Shown here: in pieces, positions 50,078-61,400 of the stretch
Position numbering within the stretch: the first letter of the stretch is position 1
How the letters are laid out: each line of letters starts with the position of its first letter
Assembly (NCBI GenBank): GCA_032718475.1
Contig: JAUCBJ010000306.1
Span: 1 to 64,000, forward strand
Length of the DNA: 64,000 bases
DNA from: Nemertoderma westbladi
Taxonomy: Eukaryota > Animalia > Xenacoelomorpha
Reading direction: 5' to 3'
Program-made: the position numbers and the translations under genes
The notes under the pieces: model-generated
The model's database searches: none
What the model was told of the DNA's origin: nothing
Seen by the model: the letters and a program-made list of their open reading frames with translations, nothing else

Positions 50078-53000
50078 TCCAGTCCTTAATTTACTTACAA
50101 TCATACATTCATCGAATGGGGTCCGTCCAGTCCTAATTTACTTACATTCATCGAATGGGGTCCGTCCAGTCCTAATTTACTTACATTCATCGAATGGGGT
50201 CCGTCCAGTCCTATATCTACTTACATTCATCAAATGGGGTCCGTCCAGTCCTATATTTACTTACATTCATCGAATGGGGTCCGTCCAGTCCTAATTTACT
50301 TACATTCATCGAATGGGGTCCGTCCAGTCCTATATCTACTTACATTCATCAAATGGGGTCCGTCCAGTCCTATATTTACTTACATTCATCGAATGGGGTC
50401 CGTCCAGTCCTAATTTACTTACATTCATCGAATGGGGTCCGTCCAGTCCTATATTTACTTACATTCATCGAATGGGGTCCGTCCAGTCCTATATTTACTT
50501 ACATTCATCGAATGGGGTCCGTCCAGTCCTAATTTACTTACATTCATCAAATGGGGTCCGTCCAGTCCTATATTTACTTACATTCATCGAATGGGGTCCG
50601 TCCAGTCCTAATTTACTTACATTCATCAAATGGGGTCCGTCCAGTCCTAATTTACTTACATTCATCGAATGGGGTGCGTCCAGTCCTATATTTACTTACA
50701 TTCATCGAATGGGGTCCGTCCAGTCCTAATTTACTTACATTCATCAAATGGGGTCCGTCCAGTCCTAATTTACTTACATTCATCGAATGGGGTCCGTCCA
50801 GTCCATATTTACTTACATTCATCGAATGGGGTCCGTCCAGCCTAATTTACTACATTCATCGAATGGGGTCCGTCCAGTCCTAATTTACTTACATTCATCG
50901 AATTGGGTCCGTCCAGTCCTAATTTACTTACATTCATCGAATGGGGTCCGTCCAGTCCTAATTTACTTACATTCATCGAATTGGGTCCGTCCAGTCCTAA
51001 TTTACTTACATTCATCGAATGGGGTCCGTCCAGTCCTATATTTACTTACATTCATCAAATGGGGTCCGTCCAGTCCTAATTTACTTACATTCATCGAATG
51101 GGGTCCGTCCAGTCCTATATTTACTTACATTCATCGAATGGGGTCCGTCCAGTCCTAATTTACTTACATTCATCGAATGGGGTCCGTCCAGTCCTAATTT
51201 ACTTACATTCATCGAATGGGGTCCGTCCAGTCCTAATTTACTTACATTCATCGAATGGGGTCCGTCCAGTCCTATATTTACTTACATTCATCGAATGGGG
51301 TCCGTCCAGTCCTAATTTACTTACATTCATCGAATGGGGTCCGTCCAGTCCTATATTTACTTACATTCATCGAATGGGGTCCGTCCAGTCCTATATTTAC
51401 TTACATTCATCAAATGGGGTCCGTCCAGTCCTAATTTACTTACATTCATCGAATGGGGTCCGTCCAGTCCTAATTTACTTACATTCATCGAATGGGGTCC
51501 GTCCAGTCCTATATTTACTTACATTCATCGAATGGGGTCCGCCCAGTCCTATATTTACTTACATTCATCGAATGGGGTCCGTCCAGTCCTATATTTACTT
51601 ACATTCATCGAATGGGGTCCGTCCAGTCCTAATTTACTTACATTCATCGAATGGGGTCCGTCCAGTCCTATATTTACTTACATTCATCGAATGGGGTCCG
51701 CCCAGTCCTATATTTACTTACATTCATCGAATGGGGTCCGTCCAGTCCTATATTTACTTACATTCATCGAATGGGGTCCGTCCAGTCCTAATTTACTTAC
51801 ATTCATCGAATGGGGTCCGTCCAGTCCTAATTTACTTACATTCATCGAATGGGGTCCGTCCAGTCCTATATTTACTTACATTCATCGAATGGGGTCCGTC
51901 CAGTCCTATATTTACTTACATTCATCGAATGGGGTCCGTCCAGTCCTAATTTACTTACATTCATCGAATGGGGTCCGTCCAGTCCTAATTTACTTACATT
52001 CATCGAATGGGGTCCGTCCAGTCCTAATTTACTTACATTCATCGAATGGGGTCCGTCCAGTCCTAATTTACTTACATTCATCGAATGGGGTCCGTCCAGT
52101 CCTAATTTACTTACATTCATCGAATGGGGTCCGTCCAGTCCTAATTTACTTACATTCATCGAATGGGGTCCGTCCAGTCCTAATTTACTTACATTCATCG
52201 AATGGGGTCCGTCCAGTCCTAATTTACTTACATTCATCGAATGGGGTCCGTCCAGTCCTAATTTACTTACATTCATCGAATGGGGTCCGTCCAGTCCTAT
52301 ATTTACTGACATTCATCGAATGGGGTCCGTCCAGTCCTAATTTACTTACATTCATCGAATGGGGTCCGTCCAGTCCTAATTTACTTACATTCATCGAATG
52401 GGGTCCGTCCAGTCCTATATTTACTTACATTCATCGAATGGGGTCCGTCCAGTCCTTCATTTACTTACATTCATCGAATGGGGTCCGTCCAGTCCTTCAT
52501 TTACTTACATTCATCGAATGGGGTCCGTCCAGTCCTTCATTTACTTACATTCATCGAATGGGGTCCGTCCAGTCCTTCATTTACTTACATTCATCGAATG
52601 GGGTCCGTCCAGTCCTTCATTTACTTACATTCATCGAATGGGGTCCGTCCAGTCCTAATTTACTTACATTCATCGAATGGGGTCCGTCCAGTCCTATATT
52701 TACTTACATTCATCGAATGGGGTCCGTCCAGTCCTAATTTACTTACATTCATCGAATGGGGTCCGTCCAGTCCTATATTTACTTACATTCATCGAATGGG
52801 GTCCGTCCAGTCCTAATTTACTTACATTCATCGAATGGGGTCCGTCCAGTCCTAATTTACTTACATTCATCGAATGGGGTCCGTCCAGTCCTATATTTAC
52901 TTACATTCATCGAATGGGGTCCGTCCAGTCCTAATTTACTTACATTCATCGAATGGGGTCCGTCCAGTCCTAATTTACTTACATTCATCGAATGGGGTCC

Positions 53001-56000
53001 GTCCAGTCCTAATTTACTTACATTCATCGAATGGGGTCCGTCCAGTCCTAATTTACTTACATTCATCGAATGGGGTCCGTCCAGTCCTAATTTACTTACA
53101 TTCATCGAATGGGGTCCGTCCAGTCCTAATTTACTTACATTCATCGAATGGGGTCCGTCCAGTCCTAATTTACTTACATTCATCGAATGGGGTCCGTCCA
53201 GTCCTAATTTACTTACATTCATCGAATGGGGTCCGTCCAGTCCTAATTTACTTACATTCATCGAATGGGGTCCGTCCAGTCCTAATTTACTTACATTCAT
53301 CGAATGGGGTCCGTCCAGTCCTATATTTACTTACATTCATCGAATGGGGTCCGTCCAGTCCTATATTTACTTACATTCATCGAATGGGGTCCGTCCAGTC
53401 CTATATTTACTTACATTCATCGAATGGGGTCCGTCCAGTCCTAATTTACTTACATTCATCGAATGGGGTCCGTCCAGTCCTATATTTACTTACATTCATC
53501 GAATGGGGTCCGTCCAGTCCTATATTTACTTACATTCATCGAATGGGGTCCGTCCAGTCCTATATTTACTTACATTCATCGAATGGGGTCCGTCCAGTCC
53601 TAATTTACTTACATTCATCGAATGGGGTCCGTCCAGTCCTAATTTACTTACATTCATCGAATGGGGTCCGTCCAGTCCTAATTTACTTACATTCATCGAA
53701 TGGGGTCCGTCCAGTCCTAATTTACTTACATTCATCGAATGGGGTCCGTCCAGTCCTAATTTACTTACATTCATCGAATGGGGTCCGTCCAGTCCTAATT
53801 TACTTACATTCATCGAATGGGGTCCGTCCAGTCCTAATTTACTTACATTCATCGAATGGGGTCCGTCCAGTCCTAATTTACTTACATTCATCGAATGGGG
53901 TCCGTCCAGTCCTAATTTACTTACATTCATCGAATGGGGTCCGTCCAGTCCTAATTTACTTACATTCATCGAATGGGGTCCGTCCAGTCCTAATTTACTT
54001 ACATTCATCGAATGGGGTCCGTCCAGTCCTAATTTACTTACATTCATCGAATGGGGTCCGTCCAGTCCTAATTTACTTACATTCATCGAATGGGGTCCGT
54101 CCAGTCCTATATTTACTGACATTCATCGAATGGGGTCCGTCCAGTCCTAATTTACTTACATTCATCGAATGGGGTCCGTCCAGTCCTAATTTACTTACAT
54201 TCATCGAATGGGGTCCGTCCAGTCCTATATTTACTTACATTCATCGAATGGGGTCCGTCCAGTCCTTCATTTACTTACATTCATCGAATGGGGTCCGTCC
54301 AGTCCTTCATTTACTTACATTCATCGAATGGGGTCCGTCCAGTCCTTCATTTACTTACATTCATCGAATGGGGTCCGTCCAGTCCTTCATTTACTTACAT
54401 TCATCGAATGGGGTCCGTCCAGTCCTTCATTTACTTACATTCATCGAATGGGGTCCGTCCAGTCCTAATTTACTTACATTCATCGAATGGGGTCCGTCCA
54501 GTCCTATATTTACTTACATTCATCGAATGGGGTCCGTCCAGTCCTAATTTACTTACATTCATCGAATGGGGTCCGTCCAGTCCTATATTTACTTACATTC
54601 ATCGAATGGGGTCCGTCCAGTCCTAATTTACTTACATTCATCGAATGGGGTCCGTCCAGTCCTAATTTACTTACATTCATCGAATGGGGTCCGTCCAGTC
54701 CTATATTTACTTACATTCATCGAATGGGGTCCGTCCAGTCCTAATTTACTTACATTCATCGAATGGGGTCCGTCCAGTCCTAATTTACTTACATTCATCG
54801 AATGGGGTCCGTCCAGTCCTAATTTACTTACATTCATCGAATGGGGTCCGTCCAGTCCTATATTTACTTACATTCATCGAATGGGGTCCGTCCAGTCCTA
54901 ATTTACTTACATTCATCGAATGGGGTCCGTCCAGTCCTAATTTACTTACATTCATCGAATGGGGTCCGTCCAGTCCTAATTTACTTACATTCATCGAATG
55001 GGGTCCGTCCAGTCCTAATTTACTTACATTCATCGAATGGGGTCCGTCCAGTCCTAATTTACTTACATTCATCGAATGGGGTCCGTCCAGTCCTAATTTA
55101 CTTACATTCATCGAATGGGGTCCGTCCAGTCCTATATTTACTTACATTCATCGAATGGGGTCCGTCCAGTCCTAATTTACTTACATTCATCGAATGGGGT
55201 CCGTCCAGTCCTATATTTACTGACATTCATCGAATGGGGTCCGTCCAGTCCTAATTTACTGACATTCATCGAATGGGGTCCGTCCAGTCCTAATTTACTT
55301 ACATTCATCGAATGGGGTCCGTCCAGTCCTAATTTACTTACATTCATCGAATGGGGTCCGTCCAGTCCTATATTTACTTACATTCATCGAATGGGGTCCG
55401 TCCAGTCCTTCATTTACTTACATTCATCGAATGGGGTCCGTCCAGTCCTTCATTTACTTACATTCATCGAATGGGGTCCGTCCAGTCCTTCATTTACTTA
55501 CATTCATCGAATGGGGTCCGTCCAGTCCTTCATTTACTTACATTCATCGAATGGGGTCCGTCCAGTCCTATATTTACTTACATTCATCGAATGGGGTCCG
55601 TCCAGTCCTAATTTACTTACATTCATCGAATGGGGTCCGTCCAGTCCTATATTTACTTACATTCATCGAATGGGGTCCGTCCAGTCCTAATTTACTTACA
55701 TTCATCGAATGGGGTCCGTCCAGTCCTAATTTACTTACATTCATCGAATGGGGTCCGTCCAGTCCTAATTTACTTACATTCATCGAATGGGGTCCGTCCA
55801 GTCCTAATTTACTTACATTCATCGAATGGGGTCCGTCCAGTCCTAATTTACTTACATTCATCGAATGGGGTCCGTCCAGTCCTAATTTACTTACATTCAT
55901 CGAATGGGGTCCGTCCAGTCCTAATTTACTTACATTCATCGAATGGGGTCCGTCCAGTCCTAATTTACTTACATTCATCGAATGGGGTCCGTCCAGTCCT

Positions 56001-58469
56001 AATTTACTTACATTCATCGAATGGGGTCCGTCCAGTCCTATATTTACTGACATTCATCGAATGGGGTCCGTCCAGTCCTAATTTACTTACATTCATCGAA
56101 TGGGGTCCGTCCAGTCCTATATTTACTGACATTCATCGAATGGGGTCCGTCCAGTCCTAATTTACTTACATTCATCTAATGGGGTCCGTCCAGTCCTAAT
56201 TTACTTACATTCATCGAATGGGGTCCGCCCAGTCCTTCATTTACTTACATTCATCGAATGGGGTCCGTCCAGTCCTAATTTACTGACATTCATCGAATGG
56301 GGTCCGTCCAGTCCTAATTTACTTACATTCATCGAATGGGGTCCGTCCAGTCCTAATTTACTTACATTCATCGAATGGGGTCCGTCCAGTCCTATATTTA
56401 CTGACATTCATCGAATGGGGTCCGTCCAGTCCTAATTTACTTACATTCATCGAATGGGGTCCGTCCAGTCCTATATTTACTGACATTCATCGAATGGGGT
56501 CCGTCCAGTCCTAATTTACTTACATTCATCTAATGGGGTCCGTCCAGTCCTAATTTACTTACATTCATCGAATGGGGTCCGCCCAGTCCTTCATTTACTT
56601 ACATTCATCAAATGGGGTCCGTCCAGTCCTAATTTACTGACATTCATCGAATGGGGTCCGTCCAGTCCTAATTTACTTACATTCATCGAATGGGGTCCGT
56701 CCAGTCCTAATTTACTTACATTCATCGAATGGGGTCCGTCCAGTCCTAATTTACTTACATTCATCGAATGGGGTCCGTCCAGTCCTATATTTACTGACAT
56801 TCATCGAATGGGGTTCGTCCAGTCCTAATTTACTTACATTCATTGAATGGGGTCCGCCCAGTCCTAATTTACTTACATTCATCGAATGGGGTCCGTCCAG
56901 TCCTAATTTACTTACATTCATCGAATGGGGTCCGTCCAGTCCTAATTTACTTACATTCATCGAATGGGGTCCGTCCAGTCCTAATTTACTTACATTCATC
57001 GAATGGGGTCCGTCCAGTCCTATATTTACTGACATTCATCGAATGGGGTCCGTCCAGTCCTAATTTACTTACATTCATCGAATGGGGTCCGTCCAGTCCT
57101 ATATTTACTGACATTCATCGAATGGGGTTCGTCCAGTCCTAATTTACTTACATTCATTGAATGGGGTCCGCCCAGTCCTAATTTACTTACATTCATCGAA
57201 TGGGGTCCGTCCAGTCCTAATTTACTTACATTCATCGAATGGGGTCCGTCCAGTCCTAATTTACTTACATTCATCGAATGGGGTCCGTCCAGTCCTAATT
57301 TACTTACATTCATCGAATGGGGTCCGTCCAGTCCTATATTTACTGACATTCATCGAATGGGGTCCGTCCAGTCCTAATTTACTTACATTCATCGAATGGG
57401 GTCCGTCCAGTCCTAATTTACTTACATTCATCGAATGGGGTCCGTCCAGTCCTATATTTACTTACATTCATCGAATGGGGTCCGTCCAGTCCTTCATTTA
57501 CTTACATTCATCGAATGGGGTCCGTCCAGTCCTTCATTTACTTACATTCATCGAATGGGGTCCGTCCAGTCCTTCATTTACTTACATTCATCGAATGGGG
57601 TCCGTCCAGTCCTTCATTTACTTACATTCATCGAATGGGGTCCGTCCAGTCCTATATTTACTGACATTCATCGAATGGGGTTCGTCCAGTCCTAATTTAC
57701 TTACATTCATCGAATGGGGTCCGCCCAGTCCTAATTTACTTACATTCATCGAATGGGGTCCGTCCAGTCCTAATTTACTTACATTCATCGAATGGGTTCC
57801 GTCCAGTCCTTCATTTACTTACATTCATCGAATGGGGTCCGTCCAGTCCTAATTTACTTACATTCATCGAATGGGGTCCGTCCAGTCCTAATTTACTGAC
57901 ATTCATCGAATGGGGTCCGTCCAGTCCTAATTTACTTACATTCATCGAATGGGGTCCGTCCAGTCCTATATTTACTTACATTCATCGAAAGGGGTCCGTC
58001 CAGTCCTAATTTACTTACATTCATCGAATGGGGTCCGTCCAGTCCTAATTTACTTACATTCATCGAATGGGGTCCGTCCAGTCCTATATTTACTGACATT
58101 CATCGAATGGGGTCCGTCCAGTCCTAATTTACTTACATTCATAGAATGGGGTCCGTCCAGTCCTATATTTACTGACATTCATCGAATGGGGTCCGTCCAG
58201 TCCTAATTTACTTACATTCATCGAATGGGGTCCGTCCAGTCCTATATTTACTGACATTCATCGAATGGGGTCCGTCCAGTCCTAATTTACTTACATTCAT
58301 CGAATGGGGTCCGTCCAGTCCTAATTTACTTACATTCATCGAATGGGGTCCGTCCAGTCCTAATTTACTTACATTCATCGAATGGGGTCCGTCCAGTCCT
58401 AATTTACTTACATTCATCGAATGGGGTCCGTCCAGTCCTAATTTACTTACATTCATCGAATGGGGTCCG
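50078..58469. repeat. 39/40-bp satellite (~210 copies) made of an exon end plus 5' splice site
   Basis: Monomer ATTTACTTACATTCATCGAATGGGGTCCGTCCAGTCCTA. Minus strand reads AGGACTGGACGGACCCCATTCGATGAAT|GTAAGTAAAT. Confidence 0.97.
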
Positions 58470-61400
58470 TGTTACGGTATATGGCGCTGTATCCACATAT
58501 ATTAGTCCGTTATACTGTACGCAATATTAGTCCGTTATACTGTATGTAATATTAGTCCGTTGTGCAGCATAATATTTTAGATAAGGCATAATAGCGCAAT
58601 GATATTTAGATAGGGAAACCAAAACGCCTATATATTTGAATCCATCCATTTTGTATAATATGTAGCCCTACCTACGTAATTTTGTATTAGGATATATGTA
58701 GATAGTTCCAGGGTAGCAAGTTTATTCGGACCCTGGATTTCGTGCTTGCTGATATTAGCTTCAATAGGGCTAGCATATAGGGACGCTGTCCTGGCCATTC
58801 AGCAGCCAGGGACATGATCCATTACCATATATGGTAATAATTTGAGGTTTGGGCAGCAATAGGGCTACAATCCGGCCTCCTTATTGGACTAACTGCTTCC
58901 AGCTTGGTCTAATGCTAGCGCGGACTGGAGAGCCAATAGGAGAGCGATTGAGTCACCCTATTGCATCACCCCATCCGGATCACCTATAAAATTGGCGTTT
59001 TGCCGGTAGAGCTGTATCTTCTGTACCTGCACTGCTGTTGTACTTGCTGAGCTGTCCCTATTCATTTTTTGACGGATATTTTAGCGTATTTCTGCAATTT
59101 GCTATTTTCGATTAATTTCTCAAAATGCTTTGCTAGTGCGATTATCCTTGATTGTGTTTCTCAATTAATTCCATCGATTACTGCTAATTACAACTGGAAC
59201 TATGATTTCTACCTTTTGTTAATGGTTCTATGTGATTCCTTTCTACGCAATAATCCTAAGGGATTTCTGAGACTGTCAGACTTTGTGATTTGCATGCGCC
59301 GCTACGGTAGCTATTAGCATAATGGAGGGCTAAGGTGCCAGTGGGTGGTGGGCACATCGGGGGGTTGAGCGACTAAGGGAGAGCGGAGGATTCAAAAGCG
59401 AGCAACGCTGGCGGGGGGTCACCGTTGCGGTCGGGTAGTTCACGCTGTGGTATGCAGACCAATCGCCGGTACGGTAATTAGGGGGCTGATGATCCAGGTT
59501 TCGTCTCTATTTAGTATTAGGGGGGCAGGAATCAGGTTAGTTAGGAGTCCTATATGTACCCGGGAGAGGCCTGCACGTATCATAACGTGGAGTGTGAAGT
59601 ACGAATAGTGAGTCGCATAACTGTGGGCTATACAGTAGTTAACTGCATAATTGCGAACTGTGATTGCTGACGCTGATTGGTGTGTTATTGAAGTGTGCCT
59701 ACGATTGTGAATGTTTAGGTAGGCCCCCCTTTTCTTTGATTGATTTCTATTTCTTAGTTGCAACAATTAGTTACTGATTAGGTCAAAGTAATACGGCAAT
59801 TTAGGCTATTACTAGCGAAACCTGTTGCGTAATAAATTAGAATTACGTATTCTGGAACTCTTAGTAATTAGTACGCTGTTACATATTTGTGACTGTAATT
59901 GATTAGTAAAAATTAAGAATTAGTACGCAGCATAGCGGAGAGTAGCTAAGGTAATAATTAGAGTACTGTAAACTATTCACGCTGAGCGGTTATTTGCATT
60001 AGCGGGCAATCAGCTAGATCGCACTATTCGGTACACACAACACGCTAGTAATTTGCTGGCCTAAAGCCAGCTGCAGGCAAGTTTAGACCCAGCGCGGTAC
60101 TATCCACGTAGAGACAAATACTGTACCATTTTGATATTTAAATATTCTCGCATTCACACATTACGTTAGGGAATCCCCAGTATTCGCGATTAGAAAAGAC
60201 GTAGGCAATAGCGTGCTTTAATAGTGATAGAATTAGGCGTAAGAATACTCTGAGTGCAAAGCCTCTCGCACTCGTCTTAAGTAAGCTTAGGGAGCCGACT
60301 CGGGTTTATTGTTTTGGTTATTCCCGCGTGGCTCATAGATTCGAACAGTAGCTCTCTATTGAGCGATCGGTAGAGAAAGGAACAAGCGATTTTGCAGGAG
60401 TTGTGTAAAATTAGTAAAATATATTAGCGGACGGCAGATTAGCGCCATCTAACGGTAAGTAGCGGTTTTGTATTTAGCAACCTTTACCATTTAGCAATAT
60501 CATGCTCCTGATCCCCTTTACTTAACAGTAGAGCAGTCTTTGTGTCTTATTGGTTAGACGAGAACTTATTAGGTTGGCAGAGAAGTATACGGGTATTTGT
60601 CTGTTCAACAGTTCTACTGTTAGTATAGAGGTCGCGGTTGTTTATCAGTGATACCTGTGTTATTGTCTGCTGTAGGCCTACCGCGTACAGTAGGACATAG
60701 AGTATTCTTAGGCTGTTGATTTAGATCACTGATACTTCGTATCAGTGATACGTGCATTTGCTGTAGGCTGTAGCGTACAGTAAATAGAGTATTCTTAGGC
60801 TGTTAGTTTAGATTACTGTATTCACTGGTCGCGTACAATAGTACAGTAGTACATTAGGCTGATTGCTGTTACTGCGTACGGTAGAAAGGACATTTGTTTT
60901 GCTGTACCACATACAGTATTCTTTAGGCTGTTAGGTTGGTGTACTGTTTTACTTACTGTACTGCATACAGTGGATGTACGGTAGTGCGTTCTGCTAATTG
61001 CGAATACAGCAGTTCCTTAGGCCTTAGGGCAAATTGTAATTAGTAAGTTTTTTGAAAATTTTAGCTAGGTTTGCGAGAATTCAGTTTCGGTCAAAATTAT
61101 TTTGTAAAATTCTAGAGTTTTGTACCGGTATGTTAGGTAACCGCTTAGTTATTTTATACCATCTGGAGATACATGGCAAGACGGGACTTCTGAGTTTGGG
61201 GTTCGTGTGGGTCTGCGGGTTCGGTTTGCAATCAGCGAAAAGCCTGAATCTTTGGACGCGGACGTGGAATCTCACAGCAAACAAGGTTAGTTGTTCTGTT
61301 GGCACCATTGTGTTTGTGGAAGCAGTAAAAAATTATCGGTTGTTTAACTGCGAAGCTGAACTCAATTTATTAGTTAGGATATTTAGGTTTAGCCGGCCAT

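Noticed and set aside
50194-58456. Many ORFs in the 39/40-bp array
   Set aside because: Frame shifts with every 39/40 variant; intronic satellite.
1-58469. CRISPR arrays
   Set aside because: Repeats are head-to-tail without unique spacers, there are no cas genes, and the context is spliced eukaryotic DNA.
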